This document shows positions 39,761-53,017 of a stretch of 64,000 nucleotides of DNA, one piece after another. Below the pieces are notes generated by a model. It searched no databases and was not told the DNA's origin. It saw nothing but the letters and a program-made list of their open reading frames with translations. The stretch's first letter is position 1, and every line of letters begins with the position of its first letter. Source of the stretch: Epiperipatus broadwayi (taxonomy: Eukaryota; Animalia; Onychophora); NCBI GenBank assembly GCA_028023455.1, contig JAQFVV010000006.1, positions 16,740,001 through 16,804,000 on the forward strand, in the 5' to 3' direction. The translations under genes and the position numbers were made by a program.

Positions 39761-41369
39761 ATTTCTAATGAATTCCTCCAGCAATAAACAATGATTATTA
39801 TTTTTTGTTTCATAGTAAATAGAGTCTAAAAAATAAAAAAATAAAATTAAAAAGAAATGAAAGTAGCAGTGAAAACAGCATCAGTAGCAGCAGCAACAGA
39901 ACAAAAATAGTAAAATGAAGGTAATAAACATATTTATCTAAAGATTAGTTATGCTGGCATTTTAATTAAATATGTTAGACTATCATATCATTTCAATGAA
40001 TCGTTAAATGTTTTCAGGAAAAAAATATACTTTACCAAATAGATTCATCTATTTGAGAAATTAGCATAGAAGTAAATGATAACCCGTGTGTTATATTACT
40101 AGTAGTTGAATTTATTTGGAAAAGTGTAAATTATGTTTAAATTTTTTTAAAAAGGTTTAGCACTTCATCTGGATGACAGAAATAGTTCAACATGTATATA
40201 CAAACAGTAAATAATTACTTAAGAAGATTTCCCATTAAACATCCTAAATTTGGTATGTTGAGTAAATGCTAAAAATGTAATATATTTCTTATCGTCAGAA
40301 ACAGTATTTAATATTTCAATAGATGAAAAACCCTCCAATTGTATTAATAGATTTGAACCATGTTAATACATTTGGTAAGAATAAAAGCAGTCCTATGAGT
40401 TCCATGACTTTTGTACATAAGTTGAATTTTATGTGTATTCTTGGTTTTTTTCATGGGCATGTTTATCATTAACCATGCAGAAATGTGACTATCTTTTAGG
40501 AAATAAAAAGTAATCACTGTAATACCTCACAATGTTCACATAGTATAAAACATACAAGAAATGAGGGTTCACATTTTCTGAATGTTTTTGCATATGCCAA
40601 TAATACATTTAAGTTTATGTAAGTAGTAGGCTGCCTCATCATGGATTCAACTTGATGATGATGAGTATTTACATCTTGTAAACAATCTGAAAACTAAATC
40701 AATGATAAGGGTTGAATAAACAAGTATTTTTTGCTGTGCTCTTTCTAGCTGCTAAATGTAAAATAAAAATTCAATATGAGATGGTTAAATCTTTAACAAT
40801 ATCCTTTGGGTAATATAAACTTTGCTGTGAGATCAAAGACACAAACTTCTCATCTATGCTGACGTACTTCATGGGTTTTCATTGTCTTCAACATTTAAGA
40901 ATCAATTTGCTAATAGAATTGAACTATAAAAGAAAGCTGTCTCCAGACCTAAAATTCTTGATGACAATCATGAATCAAAAAGCCAGTCAAAACTGAAGCC
41001 AGATTTTTATTTTTATGAAAGATTATTTTATTAAAATGTTAAAAAAGTAGGGATCTGGCATTATATAAATGGGGTACAATCAGCCACATTACTGCAGATT
41101 GCCTGGCAGAAAATTGACCCGAATAAATAAATTTGAATATCATATATATTTTTGCTACGTTGCTAACGGCACATAACACTTTGTACTATTAAATTATTTT
41201 AAAGATCCAGAAATGCCATCCTCTCTGACAATCAAGTGGTATGGATTATTTGAAGATTTATTTTTTCTGAAAATTGAAAACAGTTTATTATTCAAGAAAC
41301 TCATTCATGATCCCTTTTTATCATCAAGATTTTTTCGTGATCCCATATATTAAATATAAAATAGAATAG

Positions 41370-43128
41370 AAATAAATATTTTGGATTTAATATACATTAA
41401 AGCTGAAAAAGTCATTTCACATAAGTATATGAATGGCAGAAGAACCTTTAATGCCATTTCAGAAATTGTGGAAATTCAGTACTAGCTGTGTTCTAGAATG
41501 CAGTCAAGGATTTTTGTGGTAAGTCAAGTTTTAAGTTTGAGTCAGTCGATAGCTCAGCAAATTTCTCTTGGGATTTATATGGTAGGTGATTAATTTCATT
41601 AATGTCAATCAAAAATAGTCTTTGCATCCAAGATAACTTTTTGAAATCTAAATTTGTTATAAAGTATTTGCAAAACTGTGCTCCTAGGGTTTTTAAATGA
41701 TCTATAATAATTTTTGTAATTAAAAGTTTTAAAATTATTTTTTTCATTTATAAAATTGTCGATAGTTAAAACATTTCCAATGAATTATTTCCCATCCTAT
41801 TCTTCCAAATGTTGATCTTTTTAATAAAACTTTCAATTTTATCATTCAAAGTAAAAATATTGCTATTTTTGCCTTGAAGAGACAAGTTAAGATCATTTAA
41901 CTTCTCAAAAATATCAGACAAATATTACAGCTTTAATAGCTATAAGTCATTTTGAAAAAGAGCAGCAAGATCAGATTTTTGTTCAGTTAAAAATACAATA
42001 ATTTCTTCTTTTAATACAATAATCTTCTTAAATTTCATCCTCTTGACATCCATCTTACTTGTGCATGTAATAATAAATTTTTGTACTCAAGAGTCCATGT
42101 CTTTACAAAGATTTGGAAATAAATGGCTGTCAAGGGTATGGCTTTTAATAAAGTTTATAATTTTGACAGCATCCTGAAGCACATCGTTCAATTCCATTGC
42201 TAATTTTTTTGCTGCAAGGGCCTCTCGATGGATCAGACAGTGTGTAAAAGTTATATGACTATTACCAGAAGCTTTAGAAAATGATTTAAAACCAATATTT
42301 TCACCAGTCATTGCTTTTACATCATCTGTGCATACTCCAAAACAATTTTTCCATCTTAAACCTTCAGTTAAAAAAAAAATGCATCCTTTGTTATATATGT
42401 CTTCCCCTCTTGTATGTTTTTCCAAAGAACTACAAAATAACAATTTTTTCTCAATGTTTTCTTTATAAATGTATTTGACATATACTAATAATTGAGCTAT
42501 TTTTGAAATGTCAGTTGTTTCGTCCAACTGAATTATAAATATTGGGCTTTCTTTAAGTTCTAATAATAAGTTGCTCAAATTGGTCATTGCTAATTTCAGA
42601 AATTCTTTTAGTGACAGTGTCATTTGACAAAGGAATTTTCTGAATTTCATCACCATATTTACCTCAATGAAATATATCTACCATTTTAATAGCAGCAGGT
42701 AATATAAGATCTTCTCCAATGGTGTATGACTTTTTATTTTTAGCAATCAGATATGAAACTTCATATGATGTGAGGAAATATTTTTCATTAACAGTTCTAA
42801 ATTTTTTAAAATATTGTTTTTCTTTATTTGAAGTTTTTAACAGTTATTCAAAGTATTCTCACGAAGGATGCTTGCATTCAAAATGTCTTCTTAATTTTAA
42901 TGGTTTCATACTCTCCATAGACAAAACATTATTGCAAATTAAACAAAGTTGTTGTTCATTACCATCAGAGTTGTTGAAAGTAAAGCCAAATTGGAGAAAT
43001 GTCTCATCATATTTTCTTTTTCACATCTTAAATGCCTCTTTTTGATTACAAGATCCTGCTTGAAGAGACTTTGTAGCATTTCCATCTTCATCATTACCTT
43101 TGGTATTCAAGTTCAACCATTTATCCGT
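41370..43128 (-). pseudogene. hAT Charlie/Buster-family transposase pseudogene (ZBED5/ZBED8/SCAND3-like family)
   Basis: The start reads ACG-DKWL (mutated MDKWL). BED finger region KRKYDETFLQFGF...CLICNNVLSMESMKPLKLRRHF..KH; catalytic core LDETTDIS, CTD, HCLIHREALA; hATC region EFPQ..EMALKVLLPF..YLCE.TFSA. Multiple stops and frameshifts. Confidence 0.92.
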
Positions 43129-43142
43129 GTCGGTAAAAAGTA

Positions 43143-43280
43143 TTTTTATCCTAAAATATAAATAAAATAACAGTACTTATTAATTAGCAGAGATCCCAAG
43201 TGGCAACCATGTTTTTATCCTAAAATATAAATAAAATAACAGTACCTATTAGTTAACAGAGATCCCAAGTGGCAGCCATG
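43143..43280 (+). repeat. 69-bp tandem duplication upstream of the transposase start
   Basis: TTTTTATCCTAAAATATAAATAAAATAACAGTAC...GATCCCAAGTGGCA(A/G)CCATG occurs at 43143 and 43212. Confidence 0.9.
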
Positions 43281-44938
43281 GTATATTACTCCCGTATGTT
43301 CAATTTTTTAATATCCCCATGTGTTTTATTTTTTAATATTTAAAAAATATCAATAAATCAATTATAAATTACTTGTTAAGTTTAAAAAATATGAATATGT
43401 TTTTACTTGTTAATAAATAAATGACAATAAGTTTCAAATAAAAAATAAATTTTTATAATAACTAATAGGATGACAAATTTTCAATAAAAAAGTGAGAAAA
43501 AACAGTACACAAGCCTTTTTATATATAAAAAGTAATATCTTTCATAATATTTATTCAAATAAATACTAACCTTAGTCGAATAAAACAGTAAAATACAATA
43601 TTGTATTGTTCTTGCAGTGTGGACAGTTGTTGGAATGAAACCGAAACAAATAACTTGACCGGAAATGCTATATAATCACAGTGGTATCAACCTTATTCTC
43701 GCCACTGCAGCATATATTTTGATTCTGAAATAACATATACTGAAATTGCAATGCAACACCATTATTATGATGCATTTTTATGTAAATATAATTTACAACT
43801 CAACTTGGCCATCATTACGATTTTATAATTGCCTTGTACAGAAAATGTATTATATTAAATTAAAGATAATGAAGGGATTGTGACCAATAGTTCTTTAAAT
43901 TCATGTATTTGAATTAAATTTTTGTAACCCCAATTTTTTATTTCGTGACCCCATTTGGAAGAGTGACCCACAGTTTAAGAAATGCTAATCAAGTACACAA
44001 ACAATTTAATCTAGACTTCAGAATGCAAACAATCTTTTGAGTAATTCAAATAAGTAGATTCAGAAAGTCAAGGATAACAATGATGAGAATATGATTGTAT
44101 TCATTATCATATCAAATAGAAGATATACCAGGGGATAAATGATCTATTCAAATTCTAAAAGGGCATTAATAAGCAAGCCTACTGATAGACCAGCTAGAAG
44201 AAATAAGGGAAAATGGGTATCAATAATTATTTTAAATATTTATGGGTATATTAAATTTGATCATTTTAAATGTCAGATATAAACTACTTCAGAATTTAAA
44301 CAAACTATAAAAACAGTACAAGATTTGCATAATTCCTGATATTAAATTAACAATTATAATTTAATATTCACACATTTGCTTAATTAAATTAACTGTAATA
44401 AATTTTCAGTAAAATATAATAAAAGGTCTTATTTAGTAGAGAATCTTTCAATTATGTGAATAAGAAAACTAAGTTTCATCTAGACCAGGGATCAGTAAAC
44501 TGCAGCTCACACACACACACAGCTGTTTGATCCCAATCTCACAGCTCTTTTTATCGTGTTAAACATAAACATATTTTTATTTCATCTTCTAATTTGTAGG
44601 CAAATATTTTGATGATAGTTAGGAGAGAAAAAATGCATTTCACAACATTGTTTCTTGAATTCAGCCTTATTATAGAACAATAATTATTATATATTGATGA
44701 ATAGTTAATTTGGGAATAAATCAAACTGTCAAAGCAATTTTATATATTTATTTATTTCCCCTAAGATATATATCCTATTGCCAAAATAAGTGTTTAAATA
44801 TATCAACAGCATTTGGAAATCCATATTTTTTTTGAACCTGTTTTTCATCTCTGTCCTTGTGCCTCTTATTGTGGTTGATGGGGCATTTAAATAAAATAGC
44901 TCTTTATATTAAAAAGTTTGTTGAACCTTGTTATAAAC

Positions 44939-46265
44939 CAGGGGTTGGCAACCTTTTAATGGTATCGTGCCATACGTTACAATGTTATTATTCTGTGTAC
45001 CGACATGATTCTATCAATCTTATTATATATAGTATCAAAATTGGTCCGGTTATAATGGGCTTCAAAATTATATATTATATGCTGTTGAAGCCCATTATAA
45101 TCGAATTTTATATTATTGGTCTTTTATTATTTTAAAATACATAGGATCATATATGAAAAGTATGCTTTGTTATATTATTTTGCATTCTAAAGATATACTT
45201 ACAATTTATAGGCAAAATAAGAGTCATAGATCACATGACCCTATTCTCTTAAGGTTGTAAGTTATAAACAATGAGAATTGCCAATTCCTCAAAAAGCTTT
45301 GTGATAAATGCTTAGCTAGAGAAAGCATTTAAAATATCTCCGTCAGGACCCCCCCCCCCCCCAACCTCTGATCATGGTTTTGTTGGCGCTTAAATAAACG
45401 TGTTTTGTTTACAAAATTGTCATTTAATGTATAATAATTCAGAATAGGGAAAGCATATTTAACTTTCAATAGTTTTATTTAAAAAACTGATTTTTGAACA
45501 AAATAAAACAAGTATTTTTCTAGCTTTCATTAAAAATGTTTACAGAAACTCATTTTTGTGATATAAAAAAATCAATTTGTAATTGGAATTTTTTCGTATA
45601 TTTTTCTTTTCTTTAAAACTATGGACATTTGAAAATTTTCTGTATGTGAAATTTGTTTTAATTACATAATAGACATTTAAAAGACAAACAACATCAATGA
45701 TTTACGACTTCTTTAAGTTCCGAATGATGCGATTTATCAAGTCTTTTGTATTTGCGGATTTATTCTTGCATTAACTGTAAACTTTTTTTTCCAAGTAAAC
45801 GTGCCAAAATTAAACTGTATTATTATATAATTACGAATAGAAATTTTTCAAGATAAATTAATCGATATAATATTCTGTCTGAATATAAATTTACTTTAAA
45901 TCCGCAATTGCGTACAAAAGTATCAAGGATAAATTAATCGTAAAAAAAAAAAAAAATCCAGGCAAAATTAATCCCCCCCGGGGGGAAAATATATTTCCAT
46001 CTCACTTAGTTCTTATCTTTATTAAAAATAGCAAAGATCGAGGGTATGTTTATTGTACAAAATAATTAGTAAATTAAACCTAATCATGGTTTCCATTTAC
46101 ATATGTGTCGCACATGCAAAAATATAAGCGATGGGCAAATGCGTGCGCTGTAATAATTAAAATACAATTTTTTACTATTTCAATTCTATTAGTGATATTG
46201 ATAATCGTCCAGCGCGCCACACATAGCACAGAGATGACACGTGTGCCCTAAGCTGCCGACCCCTG
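44939..46265. mobile_element. Non-autonomous hAT element
   Basis: TIR CAGGGGTTGGCAAC / GCTGCCGACCCCTG; 8-bp flanks TTATAAAC / TTCTAGAC. A second left end (ATCTAGAC|CAGGGATCAGTAAAC at 44486) suggests nesting. Confidence 0.72.
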
Positions 46266-47469
46266 TTCTAGACCAGCTGAAACTTTTATTTACTATTTCA
46301 ATACATTATTATGATGTAGCTTAATAAAATACATAAAAGCCGTTACTCATTTCTCTAAAATTTTCTAGCTGGAGGAAATTGCAAGACTTACCTGATGAGT
46401 AAGAGTGGCACACTTGAAATAAAAGGTATCAGCTGGGTAACACAAATAATAATAATAATAAAAAAAAGCAATTAATTGCTGGAATGATATTGTGATCTTC
46501 TAAGCAATCACATTGTCCAATATGTGATTATTTATTTAGATTAATCATAAAAATGTGTTACAATGAAAGTGATTCAATGTTACCCACTTTCTAAAGTAAT
46601 CAAAAATATATTAAACATTTTTTAAATATTAAGTAGGAGCAAAATATTTTTTTTTCCAGACCTGGTTAAAAAAAAAAGACTTTAAAAATAGAAATCATTC
46701 TCTGATATTACTTGAGAAGATGAAATAGGAGTAGTTGCAATTTCAAGAGGTAGATACGATTCACCACCAGTTAATAAATTCTAAATAATATATTTGTAAC
46801 TTATACACCATCCCAAATACTTCAGACTATTAATATGTATTACAAAGTTTGGATTACAGAAAATAGCTTCAAACCCTGCCCAAATTAGCTACAAATACAA
46901 AGACCATAACAAAACTAAATATTTATTTATTATGCCATTAGTTTTGCAACATTTTTTTTTTTTATTGCTGCAAATAAGCTAATGATTTTCTACAAAAGAT
47001 TTATGTGCTCAGTAACTATTGAAAATACTGATTTTAAATATATTCTTTCTCTCCAATGTATGCTATCAAAGAGGGTTTCTAATGTTCCAGAAGGCAACTT
47101 TGAACCAAGACAGCACATATAAGGATATGTTCTGCCTCACCAACTAACTTTGGAAATATCAGATCATCAATACCTCACTTAGAAATATAGTATTTTTATA
47201 GTAGAGTAATTTTTAAAAAAAAGTTATCGGAGAATGTAGCAGAAATTGTGAAGCTTGCATCTTTCATTTCTTTCTTTTCATGGTATGCAGACCTTAGTAA
47301 AAACACTATACCCCAGCACTTTTTATATGCTGCAACTTCACTTGTACTCTTTGTAAAATGAGTTCATGACATACTATATTTAGAAATTTGTCCTAAGCAG
47401 TAGCAAAAGTTTTAATTTGTTATGATAAGTTTTATTGCTTTTTTTTTTTTTTTAAAAAAAAAACTCTAC

Positions 47470-50400
47470 TGTGTTTCTAACCAGAGATATTGAAAATTTA
47501 GATTTACAAAATCAAAATGGTGAAGAAACACAATCCGCCCCTTCTGTAATATGGAATGCTGACATGCTAGATATCATTTCTGAGAAGTTCCACAATACCA
47601 TTGCTACTGATCTTTTTAAAGTTTTTCATTATTTTTTCACAGATTGTTCAATAGTTTTATCAGCCACAGATATTAATTGTTCTTTGTATAAATTCCCAAG
47701 AGCGTTACTATATGAAGCACTCACTCTGCACAATCTATGGGACGATTAGCTGATCATCCCAATCAAAGATATCTGATCATAGAATTCCATGATCAAAACA
47801 AAAAAAAAAAAATTAAAATGAACGATCAAAACACTATCAATTTGCTTTAATTGCTGTAGGTGAAAACAAACAGAGATACATAACTGGCATATTGAAAAAT
47901 ACATACCTAGGCTACTCCATACAGGATTTTCAAAAATTAATGGAACCTTTTGGTAAGGTTGTCTCATTGCAACCAGTTTACCTAAAGGACACACCAGTTT
48001 CAGTATACAGATTACAGACCAAGAGGCAACACTTCGCCTATATATAAGAGGGTTAAAGCCAGAATGTTTCTCTTGTCACCAGTGTGGTCATCTAGCACTC
48101 AACTGCACAACCACTTGTTGCTTACAATGTAATCAGGTGGGTAACCATACACCTAGATGCCTTCATAATCAAAACTAAGACAATAGTGACAACACATTAA
48201 TACACACACACACACAATCCCTCAAATGAAGATGCTTCACCAATTGACCTCTCCATCGAGAAGACAAATCAGACCTTCAGCACACCCATTAACATCAATA
48301 ACAAAATTGCTCAGGCTGATGATAATCTAACTCTCACCTCGTCAGCTAAACCGTGTAAACAGTTAGATTCAACTCATATAGCTAAGGTACCACCCTCAAT
48401 TATTCACAATGACAAACTTTACCTACAATAAACAAGACCAGCATACACTGACACCACCATTACTAATAGTTGAAAGCTATGACACAGACTACACTTCCAA
48501 AAGAAAATCCGGGCAACCATGAAAAGATCAAGGTAATTAAAAAAAATAAAAACACTTGATACCAAAATTAGTCTAACATGCTCCACTAATTAGCCAGCCC
48601 CTGAAAAATTTAATTTTGAGTCGTAGATGGCTATTTATGTTCATACAATCCTTTTTCTAAATCTTATAAACAAGGCAACAATACCCCTAATAAGCGCTGA
48701 AGGTTTCTTACCACCCAACTCCATCTCTTTCTGCAACAGAAATTGCATCTCACTTATTGTCCTATGCTTTTATTTACCCATGCTTCATCATTTAATTAAG
48801 TTAACACTTAATCTCTCACCCTTCTCTGATCACTCTAGTCAAATGTTTGAACTCAATCTAAGTACAATGCAAACATAAACAATTCAACTTCATAAAACAA
48901 TAAGAGTAATTCTTCCTGCACACACTTCTGAATTTTTGTTCTCTGAAACATATGTTATTTAAACTCAGCATTATGCAACTTGATCCTGTTCAGCAGCATA
49001 TTTCTTTTATCAACATCCGTCATTTAATATAAATCACATTAACAGAACCATATCACCATCCTCAAGACTCCTAAGTTTGGCCGAAGAGCTACATATAAAT
49101 CTGCTCCAGATACACACACACACATAAAATATTTACGCAAATATATAATGACACCTGCAATACTCTAAAAGAGTACCTTGCCACAAAAAAAAAAAAATAA
49201 AATAAAAAATTTGTCTAACAAAACAACACACCTGGACAGGAGGTTATATTAGATGGGCTCTGGGGTGTCCTTCCACTGTCAAAGAGTTCCACAAGCACTT
49301 GAAACCAAGGGTGTTACGAAAGCTGGACATAATATAATAGAACCAATATACAAATATTTCTAACAAAAGCTGCAGTCATATTGTGCCTTCACACCTCTTG
49401 AAGATTTATTTGGCCAACCAGAATTAGATAAAACCTTTTTATGCTACTGATTTCCTGCTGAAGTTAACCACAATACCAAACTCCTGTCATCCAGGGCCAC
49501 ATGGAATCCCTAAATTTGTATCTCAATCAGCTTACCACCACATATCTGTGTGATTTAGCAAACTATCTATCACAAAGGCTGTTTAACTTAAAAGATCTAT
49601 ATCCTTTCTTCTTAGTTCCGTTCAACAGAAAGCAAGCTTCAATTTCCAATTGATCTAATCTGCAACCAATCTACATGGTCCCCCTTGATATTAAAATTCT
49701 GGGAAAGGTTCTGAAAGATAAAATCAAACCATATCTCTTTCCTCTATTATCACCAATGCAACATGCAAAAAAATGGCTCCTCAACAGGCCAAGTTGCCCT
49801 CATTTTCAAAACCATTGTAAATTCAGTTAGGGAGCAGAAAAATTATGCCCCAATGGCTGTTCAAATTGACATTGAGGCTGCTTTTGACTTGGTCTCTATT
49901 GAAATTTTAATTCAGACACTTGCAGACACCAAAATACCTCACTCTCTCTTATACCTACTAACCAACCTACTCCTTAGTCATGAAATCCATATTACAATTA
50001 ATGGTAGAACATCATCTTCATTCTCTCCCCACCAATCCATACCTCAAGGATCTCCACTCACTTCTTTCTTATTTATGTTCTGCATTAACCCTCTCATAAA
50101 CAAAATACAACAAAAAATTTACAAGAAATCCAAATTCCACACACTGGACTATATATTCTATGTATTGCATACATGGATGACCTTATTTTTTTTCTTATGT
50201 CCAAAAACAACTACACGCTCTGGAAAAATACTCTGGAAAAGTACTTAATGAATACACTCTCAATGAATATAAACTCAAGATCAACATTAATAAAGCATCA
50301 GCTTGGTTTTTTTACACTGGCAAGATATATATGCCAGTTTATCATGGTAAACCAACTAATTTCCTTCGATTTCCTTTCTACCTTTTGCCCTCTGGAATGA

Positions 50401-50860
50401 GACAAAAGATCCAAAAAAACCTGAAAGATGTTGCTGAACATACAACTACTTCTCTCTCCAAAACCTACCCCTCATTATATGTAAAAGCATACCTTTTCAA
50501 TCAGCTTGTAACTACAAAAATAACATATTGCTCACCAATCATAAACTTCATTAAATCTTTCACTTACTCTGTAGCAAGCTATTATGGCATAGAAAAGTAG
50601 TCTCCATCTCTGTAAAATGACTTAGTCTTCCACCAACTAGAAATGGATTAGGTCTTCACTCCATTCAAATTTTTCATAAATAAAAAAGTATTAGTCTCCT
50701 GGCTGCATTGATGAGAAGTTTTCCAGCTCTTGAATGCATCCTTCGAATAACACCCACAGACCGACTACTAACTTTACATGGATATTTGTCTTTGCTCGTA
50801 AAACAACTTCAAAGCATTTATGATCAGGTGTCTTTTTTGAGTGTTTCAGATCATCTTCTT
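47470..50860 (+). mobile_element. Decayed L1-clade (Tx1-like) LINE: ORF1 with zinc knuckles and ORF2 APE-RT remnants; boundaries approximate
   Basis: ORF1 pieces: PFGKV; CFSCHQCGHLALNC and CLQCNQVGNHTPRC (about 48065-48165). APE end motif SDHS (about 48824). RT motifs DIKILGKVL..KIKPYL, IDIEAAFDLV, IPQGSPLTSFLF and AYMDDL (about 50168-50185). Many frameshifts. Confidence 0.85.
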
Positions 50861-50911
50861 GACAATTAATGTTTAGATAAATGCTTAGCTTGAGTTTGTT
50901 TTTTGAATCTA

Positions 50912-50969
50912 GTATCCCAACTCCTCACTGAAGAGACCCATAGGTCGAAACCAGTCTGGGGATGGGGAC
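50912..50969 (+). ncRNA. Type I hammerhead ribozyme motif B2, core intact
   Basis: GUAUCCCA AC UCCUCA CUGAAGA GACC CAUA GGUC GAAA C CA GUC UGGGGA UGGGGAC. Canonical GUC triplet (predicted cut after 50956), 4-bp helix II, bulged helix I, minimal helix III. Confidence 0.88.
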
Positions 50970-51239
50970 AATCTAAGATAAAGATGATTTGAATGCCTTC
51001 TCTTGAAGTAGCATTTATCATAATAAAAAAAAAGCTTGTTTAGAGCTCATTAGCATGCTCTTAATTTTACATATTGGTAAATGCAAGCTATATATGTCAT
51101 GTGACATCTGACTTTTTATTATTACTAGTAACAATATTTGTAATAATGTAAAGGGTAAAGAAAAATATGATTTAATTTTTTTGCTATTTAAATTGTCTTC
51201 TTATAGAATTGTATGTAAAAATAATAATTTGTTTGGAAA

Positions 51240-51850
51240 TAAGAGAATTGCTTGAAAATGGGTATTACTTTGAATAATTTTTTAAATAACACAAAGAAAA
51301 TTTTTGATAGAAATAATATTCCTAAAGCAGTGTATATTATCCCTTGTTTTTATAAAAAAGGTACAATATATAGGTCAGAGTAGTTTGAGCTTAAATGAAA
51401 GAGTAAAAGTACATAAAAGTAGGGTTAGAAATAATTATCTTAGTTTTGCTTTATATATCCATGGAAAAGATACAGGCCACACTGTTAATTTTGATGAAGC
51501 TAATGTTGTTGTTTTTTGAGAGAAATGAAACAAAAGGAGAAAGAATCAAAGAATCTTTTATTTGCACAAAAAGTAAAATATACATTGTAATATAGGGTTC
51601 AATGTAGTCTAATAAAGAATCTTTATTATTAAAAGTTTATGATCTGAACAATTAACCTATTTAAAAGTTCTTTATTATTAAAAATGTATGATTCTGAAGC
51701 AATTAACTTATTTAAAAGTTCTTTTAATATTAAGCTTGTATGTGAAATAAGTGGCATTGTAGGTAATGATTAGTTTAAAAATGTCATTTTGTAGTTCATT
51801 ACACTTAAGAAGTATGCTTGTAGCAGTGAAACCATTGGTATTGTTTTAGA
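51240..51850 (+). pseudogene. Penelope-like element 3' remnant with GIY-YIG endonuclease fragment
   Basis: ELLENGY (the PLE LxxNGYP motif) is followed by YIGQSSLSLNERVKVHK...LYIHGKDTGHTVNFDEANVV. The 3' region has short ~52-bp tandem repeats and a decayed CTTAAGAAG...GAAACCATTGGTA motif. Confidence 0.82.
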
Positions 51851-52730
51851 GTTTAAATTTTTTGGCGAGTAATTTTTACTATTAGATTGACTAGTTTAGC
51901 TGTAGACTGTTAATGTTTATATATATCCTTTTTTGGATGCATCGGTCTGTCAGTTTAGTTTAACTCTTGCCAGAGACAGTTGTTCTAGGTTAAGTTTTTT
52001 CTAATTAAGTTCATTTAAAATGGATAACTCAACACACTCAAGATTTCCATTTAAATATTCATTAAAAATATTGTAATACTATATATACACACACAGCACG
52101 CTTATTGTCTCTAGCTAGATCTCATGATAAAATAGCTGCATATGTCTACTGTGCCTAGAGTATCTGATTTTAAACTGGTCTATGTTAAACGTGGAATGAT
52201 TTTCTTATCATAAATTGTAATTCACCACAGTTAAGTCATTTAATTATTGATCAGCAAACGGACATCAAACTATTATTATCTAGATGACATTAACCGTAGA
52301 TCAATTTGCATTCATTCCTGTGAATATTAATACTCTTCTTATAAAAACGGAAATTACTGTATAATTGTAATATAATAATACTCTTCATCAAGTGGTAGAG
52401 GGGAGGGGGGGATGCCTTACTTCTATTGGCGCTGAGCCAATGTTTTTCAATAACGTATTCAAATTTTAGTTTTTAGAATAAATAAAGTTTCATTAAAAGT
52501 TTATATTTACTATTATGGTAATAATTATATGTTAACAAATATATCATTTATTTCTTTAAGACTGTATAACAACCATAGGCAACATGCAATTCATGGGCCG
52601 CGTGACTCTATAACTTGATATAGGACACATTTATAATTTAAGCAAAATAACCAGTTATATACAACTTAATGAATTTTTTTTTTAAAATTAATCTAATTTT
52701 TATATATTTTACTAAATACAAGTTTATACA

Positions 52731-53017
52731 AGGGATTCGAACTCAGACTTTCACACGACTCTCAACTCTCCATGCCACCTCATATTGCTGATACACCTGA
52801 TCACACACATGTTGAAAAGATATAATTACCAATATACGTATTTCATGCTAAACGAGCAATCATCAGTTGGTCCAGATTACCATATCCACACATATATACA
52901 ATCTGTGCTTAACTTTATATTAAGATAGCCAATCTTCATACTTTAATGGACAGGCTTCAAACTACTCCAACCCACAACTCTCCAGCTTTCCATTTCATTG
53001 AAAATCTGATGATGGAA
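52731..53017 (-). mobile_element. HHR-bearing repeat family A, copy A7
   Basis: Aligns with A5 and A8. The minus strand ends GAGTTCGAATCCCT. Confidence 0.88.
52822..52880 (-). ncRNA. Hammerhead motif A7, core intact, palindromic helix III
   Basis: Minus strand: GUAAUC UGG ACCAA CUGAUGA UUGCU CGUUU AGCAU GAAA UACGUA UA UUGGU AAUUAU. Confidence 0.82.

Larger units (their letters stand above)
41300..43987 (-). mobile_element. Decayed autonomous hAT (Charlie/Buster-type) transposon; boundaries approximate
   Basis: Contains the transposase relic. The end GTGACCCACAGTTTAAGAAATGCTA resembles Charlie termini. Confidence 0.7.

Noticed and set aside
46385-46440. CTGATGAG...GAAAT..GTA candidate hammerhead
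   Set aside because: Helix II is irregular, and the only helix I pairing (TTACC/GGTAA) would consume the core C3. No second copy.
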